Shown: one piece after another, positions 25,062 to 31,996 of the stretch
Layout: each line of letters opens with the position of its first letter
Position numbering within the stretch: position 1 is the first letter of the stretch
Source of the DNA: a virus
Length of the DNA stretch: 36,691 nucleotides
Virus record (IMG/VR): IMGVR_UViG_3300045988_081277
Location: 1 to 36,691 of that record
Direction: 5' to 3' (one strand)
Program-made: the position numbers and the translations under genes
Notes under the pieces: model-generated
What the model was told of the DNA's origin: nothing
The model's input: only the letters and a program-made list of their open reading frames with translations
Databases searched by the model: none

Positions 25062-25490
25062 ATGAGTAAGAGGCAAATCATGGAACAAGCATGGAAAATT
25101 GCTAAGAAAGCTGCTAAGAAATTTGGTGGGAAAGCAATCGAATACATTTCTGGGGCATTGAAGATGGCATGGAAAGCAACTAAAGGCTTAACAGAAGAAC
25201 AAATCAAAGCTTTGGTATCCAAAGGCTACAACCGTTGGACTACCGCTGATGGTAAACACGATCGCTTATACTTGAATATCTACAAACATGCTAACATGTT
25301 TGAATACGGCAAATGGAATGGAGAAGAAATTTTTCCATCTCGCCAACGTGCCATCAAGGTTATCAAAGTATGGATTGATGCTAAAACTGGTGAAGTTTTT
25401 AATCATTGCATGATGATTAACCGCTATGTTAGAGAATATCAAATTGCTTTAGTTGATGCTGTAAAAGCAGACTTAGCAAGCGTTAAATAA
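25062..25490 (+). CDS. Hypothetical early protein
   Basis: aaaggagcgattgaaATG. The basic helical N-terminus is MSKRQIMEQAWKIAKKAAKKFGGKAIEYISGALKMAWK. Confidence 0.7.
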   Translation: MSKRQIMEQAWKIAKKAAKKFGGKAIEYISGALKMAWKATKGLTEEQIKALVSKGYNRWTTADGKHDRLYLNIYKHANMFEYGKWNGEEIFPSRQRAIKVIKVWIDAKTGEVFNHCMMINRYVREYQIALVDAVKADLASVK

Positions 25491-25514
25491 GACGAACCAT
25501 AGGAGGACAATGTT

Positions 25515-26003
25515 GTGAAACTAGAACAAATAAAGAAAAATTTATTAAATAAAGACTTAGATATTAGAAATCTAAGTGAAACAACAGGATTAAGCAAGAC
25601 TGTTGTTTATGGTTTGAGAAACGGTAGTCGTGATTTTGACAACTTGACAGTAGGAACTGTTAAATTGTTAGATAACTACTTTGAAATGAGAAAACCAGTT
25701 TTCAAATTCAAAGTAGAAAATGAAGTTCAAGTTTTGACAGTCGAAGATACTTCAACAACCAAACCAGTGGAAACATTAACCAAATATGACGATTATGTTT
25801 TCTTAGAAGAAATTGCATATAACGGAAATTTACTTATAATTTCTGTTACAAATAAAGGTGAACGTGTAAGACGTTATGCAGTCAAAACACTTGAATTGTT
25901 GAAGCATGCTAAAGCCTTGACACGCAAGACAAATGAAAAAGATTGGCACAATGCAAGTGTCAAAGAAATGCAAGATGCAGGTTTGTATATACCAACAATT
26001 TAA
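25515..26003 (+). CDS. Hypothetical early protein with possible N-terminal HTH
   Basis: GTG start 8 nt after ggagg. IRNLSETTGLSKTVVYGLRNG is HTH-like. Confidence 0.6.
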   Translation: MKLEQIKKNLLNKDLDIRNLSETTGLSKTVVYGLRNGSRDFDNLTVGTVKLLDNYFEMRKPVFKFKVENEVQVLTVEDTSTTKPVETLTKYDDYVFLEEIAYNGNLLIISVTNKGERVRRYAVKTLELLKHAKALTRKTNEKDWHNASVKEMQDAGLYIPTI

Positions 26004-26028
26004 AGAAAAAATAATAAAATATTCTATC

Positions 26029-26056
26029 TTGTTATTTGCTTATTACGATGTATAAT
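26029..26056 (+). promoter_or_regulatory. Promoter (TTGTTA, 16 nt, TATAAT) followed by an ATAGTTGCAGG box
   Basis: It has the same architecture as the early promoters, but no ORF lies before the terminator at 26096..26128. Confidence 0.5.
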
Positions 26057-26062
26057 ATAGTT

Positions 26063-26128
26063 GCAGGCATTACAGTGTTGGTGCACTGACTAAACAGACC
26101 CTACTAAATTGTAGGGTCTTATTTTTTT
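26063..26128 (+). ncRNA. Candidate small RNA of about 65 nt
   Basis: It runs from the predicted TSS to the terminator. It contains hairpin cagtg-ttggtg-cactg (26073..26088) plus the terminator hairpin. There is no RBS or ORF. Confidence 0.45.
26096..26128 (+). terminator. Rho-independent terminator
   Basis: agaccctac-taaatt-gtagggtct followed by tattttttt. Confidence 0.85.
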
Positions 26129-26150
26129 CGCGTTTTTTATAAAAAAGGTA

Positions 26151-26179
26151 TTGAAATATACCTAATAATAGTATATTAT
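26151..26179 (+). promoter_or_regulatory. Early promoter (TTGAAA, 17 nt, TATTAT) followed by an ATACTTGTAAG box
   Basis: Consensus-like elements directly after the terminator. Confidence 0.65.
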
Positions 26180-26212
26180 ATACTTGTAAGATAAATAGAG
26201 GAGGTCATTATT

Positions 26213-26782
26213 ATGAGTATTGAAAAAATCTTTGATTTAGCCGAAGAGCTAAATCTGGTAAACAAGACGTTTACCACAGCAGACGGACGCGAGGGGGAAA
26301 CCGGAATTGATGGCTGGCTATACCTGCCAGAAACGACGGTATTCCGTGAAGGAAATAAAGTTGCCAGAGTTTTTGTTTCTAATTTCTTTGGTAACTTAAT
26401 TGAATTTACGGATGGTACAAGCTTGGATGTGTCCGAAGAAAATAGCTTTGATAAAGCTGTCAGCAAAATTAAAGCCACGGCCGGAAACATTCCAGATAAT
26501 TCACCATTGACGTTCAAAGAAAAGCATCCAGAAGAGATGTTTGATGTTGATGGACTCCCAGTTGATGATGCTATGATCAGTATTATCAACATGGTAGGGG
26601 ACAACTTTGAAGTCTTTTTCGATGTTCCCGATTGTGTCGATGGTTGGGCTATCGTCGAAATAAAGGACGATAACAACATCGTTCCCGTTGAAGTAGATGA
26701 TACTTCAATTAAATTAGATGATGAAGAAATAACAGCTGTCGAGCTTGTACATCATCTAAGCAAAATCTTCAAAGAACGATAG
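26213..26782 (+). CDS. Highly acidic hypothetical early protein (candidate DNA mimic)
   Basis: Strong RBS (agaggaggtcattattATG). The 189-aa sequence is very rich in D/E throughout. The 167-aa antisense ORF is a mirror artefact. Confidence 0.75.
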   Translation: MSIEKIFDLAEELNLVNKTFTTADGREGETGIDGWLYLPETTVFREGNKVARVFVSNFFGNLIEFTDGTSLDVSEENSFDKAVSKIKATAGNIPDNSPLTFKEKHPEEMFDVDGLPVDDAMISIINMVGDNFEVFFDVPDCVDGWAIVEIKDDNNIVPVEVDDTSIKLDDEEITAVELVHHLSKIFKER

Positions 26783-26795
26783 GAGGCAATTAAAT

Positions 26796-27008
26796 ATGCA
26801 AAAGTACACAACGCTCAGAGTTTTAAGAGCTGAACGGGATTTGACTCAAGCCAGCCTAGCCCAAGCACTAGGAGTCACGCAAAAAGTGATTTCATCGTGG
26901 GAGACGGGCCGAAGCAATCCCAGACCCGCGATGATGCAGAAAGTAGAGGATTATTTTGGAGTCCCAAAGGAAGAGATTTTTCTAAAAGCCTTTGGGAAGA
27001 ACGAATAG
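26796..27008 (+). CDS. XRE/Cro-type HTH transcriptional regulator
   Basis: LRAERDLTQASLAQALGVTQKVISSWETGRSNP is a classic HTH_3 sequence. Confidence 0.85.
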   Translation: MQKYTTLRVLRAERDLTQASLAQALGVTQKVISSWETGRSNPRPAMMQKVEDYFGVPKEEIFLKAFGKNE

Positions 27009-27019
27009 GAGGAACTAAA

Positions 27020-27706
27020 ATGAGTGATTTAGTAATTACGCATGATCAACAAGCAGTAACAACAAGTTTACAAGTAGCAGAGAATTTTGGGAAACGCCAC
27101 GATAACGTTTTGAGGGATATTGAAAATTTACGCAAAGATGTCCTCAATTTTGAGGAGATGTTTATAGAGTCCGCGGAATTAGATAGTTACGGACGCGATC
27201 GCCGTATCTATTATATGAACCGCGACGGCTTTTCATTATTAGCAATGGGCTTTACTGGCAAGAAAGCTCTTCAATTCAAATTGAAATACATTGATGCTTT
27301 CAACCAGATGGAAAAACAGCTTCAACAACAGAAACCGCTTAGCTTACCCGAACAGATTAGTTTGATCGCCAAGGGCTATGAGAGCCTTGCGATAGATGTT
27401 GATGATATTAAAAATCGGATGGGATTGCCTGGCAACATGGCCCACACGTTTACCAAAAAGCGTAACGCAAAGATTATCAATGTTTTAGGCGGTAAGAAAT
27501 CAAATGCGTATTGCGATAAAGTGGTCAGAGCTAAAGCCTATCGTGCCTTGTTTAGCTCATATCGCGAAGCATTCGATCAAGATAGATATAACGATCTACC
27601 AATGAAAGATTTTGATAAGGCTGTGGAGTTTATTAACAACTGGTATCCACCTTTTGAACTTAAAAATGAAATTGAAAAAGTAAATGCACAAGAAAACTTA
27701 TTCTAA
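27020..27706 (+). CDS. Rha-family phage regulatory protein with ORF6C-type C-terminal domain (antirepressor-like)
   Basis: ITHDQQAVTTSLQVAENFGKRHDNVLRDIENL matches the Phage_pRha pattern. The C-terminus (..FDKAVEFINNWYPP..) is paralogous to that of 28789..29505. Confidence 0.8.
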   Translation: MSDLVITHDQQAVTTSLQVAENFGKRHDNVLRDIENLRKDVLNFEEMFIESAELDSYGRDRRIYYMNRDGFSLLAMGFTGKKALQFKLKYIDAFNQMEKQLQQQKPLSLPEQISLIAKGYESLAIDVDDIKNRMGLPGNMAHTFTKKRNAKIINVLGGKKSNAYCDKVVRAKAYRALFSSYREAFDQDRYNDLPMKDFDKAVEFINNWYPPFELKNEIEKVNAQENLF

Positions 27707-27719
27707 GGAGGAAATTATT

Positions 27720-28388
27720 ATGACAAAGAAAATTAAAAAAGAAAACGAAAATGTTTATGTTGCAAAGAAACCATTTTATAAAAAAGCTTGGTTTTGGGTT
27801 TTAGCCATTTTAGCTATTATAGTTATCGGAGGAGCTGTAGGTAGTGGATCTGATCCAGATACATCGCCAACTTCAGAGAACAACTCAAGTTCAAGCTCAA
27901 GCAATAAGGTTGTCACTCAAAATACTGCATTTAGAAAGACGTTTGATAATATTGCTGTTGGCGACCTAATGAACCACGGTGATGGCGGAACAACCCTTGA
28001 TACTGTCGAAAAAGCTTTAGGCAAGCCTTCCGCAACATCGGCGACAACTGTACAGGGAATAGAAACTAAAAATTATATCTGGAGCAAAGACGGTGTGACC
28101 ATCACCGTTGAATTTAACGGCGACCAGGCTGTTTCTAAGCATATAACAGGTTTCAAGTTCTCACGCGCTTCTAAATTCACTCTAGACGCTTATAATAGCC
28201 TTGCGGATGGATCAGCCTATGAAGATGTTGTAAGCAAATATGGTGAACCTGATGGCTTAAGTGAAATGATTATTGGTGGAAACAAAAATGTTACTGCAAC
28301 ATGGGTAACCGGCACTAAAGGGGGTACAATTACATTAGAATTTACAAATGACAGTTTAGTTTCTAAAGCACAATCTGGTTTGAAGTAA
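27720..28388 (+). CDS. Membrane-anchored extracellular protein with two DUF3862/BLIP-like repeats (candidate superinfection-exclusion factor)
   Basis: It has an N-terminal basic segment, a TM helix (AWFWVLAILAIIVIGGAVG), a Ser-rich linker, then two similar repeats of about 75 aa (...VGDLMNHGDGGTTLDTVEKALGKP... / ...LADGSAYEDVVSKYGEPD...). Confidence 0.6.
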   Translation: MTKKIKKENENVYVAKKPFYKKAWFWVLAILAIIVIGGAVGSGSDPDTSPTSENNSSSSSSNKVVTQNTAFRKTFDNIAVGDLMNHGDGGTTLDTVEKALGKPSATSATTVQGIETKNYIWSKDGVTITVEFNGDQAVSKHITGFKFSRASKFTLDAYNSLADGSAYEDVVSKYGEPDGLSEMIIGGNKNVTATWVTGTKGGTITLEFTNDSLVSKAQSGLK

Positions 28389-28422
28389 CTATACAGTTCA
28401 GCTGAAAATTCAGTTCAGTATA

Positions 28423-28449
28423 AGCTAGGAATAATCTCCTAGCTTTTTT
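28423..28449 (+). terminator. Rho-independent terminator
   Basis: agctagga-ataatc-tcctagct followed by ttttt. It is near-identical to 29862..29890. Confidence 0.85.
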
Positions 28450-28509
28450 GTTTGCATTATTTATCGATTAAATAAAATACACTTTTTGAAAAAAAAGTTC
28501 AAAAAAGTA

Positions 28510-28537
28510 TTTACTTTTATGAAGAGTTTAGTATAAT
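28510..28537 (+). promoter_or_regulatory. Early promoter (TTTACT, 16 nt, TATAAT)
   Basis: Consensus -10. It lies between a terminator and the next RBS. Confidence 0.55.
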
Positions 28538-28566
28538 AAAAGCATAAAGTTAAAGGAGGCGAGAAC

Positions 28567-28773
28567 ATGGAGTTATTAAAAGACAATGCTAACTCTATTT
28601 TAAAGGAAGAGTTGAAAAATAAAGGTTTAAAGCAAAAGTTTGTAGCTGAACATATTGGAATTGCAAACACATACCTAAGCCAATTGTTAAATGGCAGTAA
28701 GCCTTTGACTGTTGAAGTTGCAATCAAAACGGCACGTTTCTTGAATGTACCACTTGAAAAGATTTTAAATTAG
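28567..28773 (+). CDS. XRE/Cro-type HTH transcriptional regulator
   Basis: LKQKFVAEHIGIANTYLSQLLNGSKPLT is an HTH_3-like sequence. RBS aaaggaggcgagaacATG. Confidence 0.8.
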   Translation: MELLKDNANSILKEELKNKGLKQKFVAEHIGIANTYLSQLLNGSKPLTVEVAIKTARFLNVPLEKILN

Positions 28774-28788
28774 AAAGGAAGATAAAAA

Positions 28789-29505
28789 ATGAAAGAACTA
28801 ATTAAAGTAACAAAAGATGACAAAGGTATTTCAGTTGTTAGTGGTAGAGACTTACACGAATTTTTAGGAATTAACACAGAATATAAGAAATGGTTTAACC
28901 GTATGACCGAGTATGGTTTTACAGAAAATGCAGATTTTGTAAGGGTGACCCAAAAATGTCACACCCCTGGTGGAATTCAAAACATCACAGATCACGCGAT
29001 AACTTTAGATATGGCAAAAGAAATATCTATGATCCAACGAACGGATAAAGGCAAACAAGCACGTCAATATTTTATCGAAGTTGAAAAAGAATTCAGAAAG
29101 CAATACGAACTACCACAAACACCAGAAGAGAAACTTGAATTAACGATGCAAGTAGCTTCAAGACTAGATAAACGCGTTAAAAGGCTTGAAAACAGCGTTT
29201 GTGAAATTCAAAACAAATCAGAAATTGACTCAGATCAGCGATATAAGCTTTGGGTTGCTAGAAACAAGAAAGCAGTCAAAACACTAGGCGGCAAAGATAG
29301 CAATGCTTATAAGAACAAGATTTTATCAAGAAGAGTATTTAGAGTTTTAGAACGTGAATTCAAAGAAGCATTTGTGATTTCACGTTACGAAGATCTTAGA
29401 AAAGAAAGCTTTGATAAAGCGATAGATTTTATTGATAACTGGTATCCACCATGTGTGTTAAGTCGAGAGATCGAAGCTATAAACTCACAAGAAGATTTAT
29501 TTTAA
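28789..29505 (+). CDS. AntA-type antirepressor with ORF6C-type C-terminal domain
   Basis: GRDLHEFLGINTEYKKWFNRMTEYGFTENADF... matches the AntA pattern. The C-terminus is ..FDKAIDFIDNWYPP... Confidence 0.8.
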   Translation: MKELIKVTKDDKGISVVSGRDLHEFLGINTEYKKWFNRMTEYGFTENADFVRVTQKCHTPGGIQNITDHAITLDMAKEISMIQRTDKGKQARQYFIEVEKEFRKQYELPQTPEEKLELTMQVASRLDKRVKRLENSVCEIQNKSEIDSDQRYKLWVARNKKAVKTLGGKDSNAYKNKILSRRVFRVLEREFKEAFVISRYEDLRKESFDKAIDFIDNWYPPCVLSREIEAINSQEDLF

Positions 29506-29519
29506 AGGAGATACAAGAA

Positions 29520-29720
29520 ATGGAATTTAAAAACGTGAAAGAAGTAATTAATTTCCTATTCGAACTAGGCGATCCAGCAACGGTGATCTTCGTTGATGAT
29601 ATAGAAGGAAATATTGATAATTACAAAGAAGAGCTGAGAAAAGCGTTGTATCAGCTTTGCGATATGTTAGGTATGGAAGACTTGTATCTTTATCCTAACA
29701 AGGATAAGGAGGCTGACTAG
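29520..29720 (+). CDS. Hypothetical small acidic protein
   Basis: aaaggagatacaagaaATG. It ends in TAG, followed in frame by a TM-helix-coding segment (29721..29825). Confidence 0.6.
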   Translation: MEFKNVKEVINFLFELGDPATVIFVDDIEGNIDNYKEELRKALYQLCDMLGMEDLYLYPNKDKEAD

Positions 29721-29861
29721 ACGGCGCCTATCTTAGCAGTTTTGATTGCTTGCCTGGTTTACATTGCTGTGTTTGTCGGTGTGAGTTGGGCCAAGGATAA
29801 AATTAATGATTGGGATGATAAATAATGTGGTCGCATTGAGCGGTCTTGGGTTTAAAGCATA

Positions 29862-29890
29862 AGCTAGGAGATTAATCCTAGCTTTTTTTT
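29862..29890 (+). terminator. Rho-independent terminator
   Basis: agctagga-gattaa-tcctagct followed by ttttttt. Confidence 0.85.
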
Positions 29891-29941
29891 ATTTGCATTA
29901 TATATCGGCTAAATAAAATATACTTTTTTTATAAAATAGTA

Positions 29942-29970
29942 TTTACAAAATACAAAGTATAGTATATTAT
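29942..29970 (+). promoter_or_regulatory. Early promoter (TTTACA, 17 nt, TATTAT) followed by an ATATTTGTAAGG box
   Basis: Consensus-like elements after the terminator. Confidence 0.65.
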
Positions 29971-30025
29971 ATATTTGTAAGGTTGATGCAGCCTTAACGC
30001 AATAAAAGATAAGGGGGCAACCAAA

Positions 30026-30220
30026 ATGCCAAAAATAACATTGAAAGCCGCCAGAGTTAACGCGGGCCTAACCCAAAAGGAAGCAGCTAAACTATTAGGA
30101 GTTCATTTCTTAACAGTAGCCAAATATGAGAAAGATAGTTCTAAAATACCTTTCTCGTTAGCTGAGAAAGCGTCTGAAGTCTATAAGATACCAATTGAAT
30201 ATTTGCATCTAGGAAAGTAA
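30026..30220 (+). CDS. XRE/Cro-type HTH transcriptional regulator
   Basis: AARVNAGLTQKEAAKLLGVHFLTVAKYEKDSS is HTH-like. RBS aagggggcaaccaaaATG. Confidence 0.8.
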   Translation: MPKITLKAARVNAGLTQKEAAKLLGVHFLTVAKYEKDSSKIPFSLAEKASEVYKIPIEYLHLGK

Positions 30221-30233
30221 GGAGAATAAGTAA

Positions 30234-30332
30234 ATGTGGTGTATATACGGAATATTTGCATGTATGGCGTTTGCCTGTAGTGTAGATTTTTATAGATGGA
30301 ACAAGAAACGTAAAGGAGGTGATGAAAAATGA
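30234..30332 (+). CDS. Small hydrophobic peptide (32 aa; not in the ORF track)
   Basis: aaggagaataagtaaATG; MWCIYGIFACMAFACSVDFYRWNKKRKGGDEK. Confidence 0.4.
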   Translation: MWCIYGIFACMAFACSVDFYRWNKKRKGGDEK

Positions 30333-30442
30333 TTGAATTAACAACAGCTGGTTATTGGGTCTTGATAGGATTGTCTGTATTAGGTGGCTATGTACTACAC
30401 GCCGCAATAGATGCAATCAAAGATGGAACTTTCTTCGATTAG
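30329..30442 (+). CDS. Small membrane peptide (37 aa; not in the ORF track)
   Basis: aaaggaggtgatgaaaaATG overlaps the upstream stop; MIELTTAGYWVLIGLSVLGGYVLHAAIDAIKDGTFFD. Confidence 0.45.
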   Translation: MIELTTAGYWVLIGLSVLGGYVLHAAIDAIKDGTFFD

Positions 30443-30550
30443 AAATAAAAAAGCTAGATCGTTAAGACCTAGCTCTTCAGGAAGACATAAATTTAAAATA
30501 AGAATTTAAAATTGAATTTGTGTCTTTATTATAACACAAGGAGGTAAGCA

Positions 30551-30706
30551 ATGGAAAGAGGAGAAATAGATCAAGCTATTGAACACCTATATGGCAAGGA
30601 TACGACAGCCTTACCAGATGATAGATATTTAGAACACAAAGGACAAGAATACCTTAACAGTCAAGGCTGGTTAGAACGTGAGTTAGGAAACAAGAAAGGA
30701 AGATAA
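30551..30706 (+). CDS. Small hypothetical protein (51 aa; not in the ORF track)
   Basis: caaggaggtaagcaATG; MERGEIDQAIEHLYGKDTTALPDDRYLEHKGQEYLNSQGWLERELGNKKGR. Confidence 0.5.
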   Translation: MERGEIDQAIEHLYGKDTTALPDDRYLEHKGQEYLNSQGWLERELGNKKGR

Positions 30707-30709
30707 AAA

Positions 30710-31480
30710 ATGAATGAATTACAAAAATTTAATTTTGAAGGAAACGAAGTAAGGACAGTAACTATTAATGATCAACCATATTTTGTAGGTAAGGATGTAG
30801 CAGTCATCCTTGGATACAAGAATACCAGAGATGCTTTATCGCATCATGTTGATGATGAAGACAAGGGAGTCGCAAAACTCGACACCCTCGGTGGAAAACA
30901 AAAACAAACTATTATCAACGAGTCTGGACTCTACTCATTGATTATTGGTAGTAAGTTACCGCAAGCCAAGAAATTTAAACGTTGGGTGACATCTGAAGTT
31001 CTCCCAGCAATCCGTAAACACGGTGCTTACATGACAGACGAGAAAGCCTTTGACGTCGTTCACAACGCTAGTGGATTAGCAGACTTACTACAACAAGCAG
31101 CTGACCAATTGAAAGCTAAAGATATTCAAATCGCTGAAATGAAGCCTAAAGCATTGTTCGCGGATAGCGTTGCAACAAGCCATACAACAATTTTAATTGG
31201 CGAGTTAGCTAAGATCTTACGAGGTAATGGAATTGATATTGGCGGTAATAGATTGTTCCGATGGATGAGAGACCAAGGCTATCTTATCAGTAGAAAAGGA
31301 ACGGACTACAATACACCAACTCAGAAAAGTATGGATTTAGGGTTGTTCAAGATTAAAGAGTCGACCGTTATACACAGTGATGGCTCAACATCTATCCGTA
31401 AGACAACTAAAGTTACCGGTAAAGGGCAACAGTATTTTATCAACAAGTTCATGAAGATGAAGGGGGAAGAAACATGCTAG
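30710..31480 (+). CDS. Phage antirepressor, Bro-N plus KilAC domains
   Basis: LQKFNFEGNEVRTVTINDQPYFVGKDVAVILGY..., KRWVTSEVLPAIRKHGAYMT and ALFADSVATSHTTILIGELAKIL are typical of these domains. Confidence 0.85.
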   Translation: MNELQKFNFEGNEVRTVTINDQPYFVGKDVAVILGYKNTRDALSHHVDDEDKGVAKLDTLGGKQKQTIINESGLYSLIIGSKLPQAKKFKRWVTSEVLPAIRKHGAYMTDEKAFDVVHNASGLADLLQQAADQLKAKDIQIAEMKPKALFADSVATSHTTILIGELAKILRGNGIDIGGNRLFRWMRDQGYLISRKGTDYNTPTQKSMDLGLFKIKESTVIHSDGSTSIRKTTKVTGKGQQYFINKFMKMKGEETC

Positions 31481-31995
31481 ATAAACCAAACGAAGAATTC
31501 GAAATTGAAAAAGAAGCTTACGAGATCACAAGCATGGAAGAGGCGTTGCTGACGTTTGAACAAATATTTGACGAGCAAAGCAAAATTAAGAATTTGAAGG
31601 ACAAAATAAAGCAAACTAAGAGCTTCTATGAAAATCAGATCAAGTATGAAGAGCTCAAAGTAGATAACCTTAAGAACGCTTTGCTTGCATATTACGAGAA
31701 ACAAAAGATGGCAAACCCTAAAGTTAAGATCAAATCACCATTCGGGAATTTTGTAAGTCACAAAGAAAAGCTAGATTTTGAACTTGACGAAGAAAAATTA
31801 ATTGAGAAATACAATGGAACTGATTTAGTTAAAACTACATCAGCATTGTATAAAGGCGATTTAAAGAAACGCTTATCAGTTATCGGAGACAAAGTAATCG
31901 ATACAGAAACAGGTGAAGTTGTAGATGGGGCTAATCCAGTAACTAAACCGGCTTATGTATCAGTATCAATCAAGAAACCTAAGGAGGACAAATAA
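31474..31995 (+). CDS. Siphovirus Gp157-like protein (Gam/host-nuclease-inhibitor-like)
   Basis: It has a coiled-coil N-terminus and sits upstream of the ERF recombinase, as in Sfi21-type phages. Confidence 0.55.
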   Translation: MLDKPNEEFEIEKEAYEITSMEEALLTFEQIFDEQSKIKNLKDKIKQTKSFYENQIKYEELKVDNLKNALLAYYEKQKMANPKVKIKSPFGNFVSHKEKLDFELDEEKLIEKYNGTDLVKTTSALYKGDLKKRLSVIGDKVIDTETGEVVDGANPVTKPAYVSVSIKKPKEDK

Positions 31996-31996
31996 T

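Noticed and set aside
26176-26679. 167-aa ORF on the minus strand.
   Set aside because: It is antisense to the RBS-supported acidic protein gene 26213..26782. Its Ser/Thr/Ile-rich composition is the mirror image of GAA/GAT-rich coding sequence. It has no RBS, and every supported gene in the genome is on the + strand.
30452-30478. Hairpin agctag-N11-ctagct as a terminator after the small membrane peptides.
   Set aside because: No T-tract follows on the + strand; instead an A-tract precedes it. It may be a processing or stability element, but it is not a convincing intrinsic terminator.
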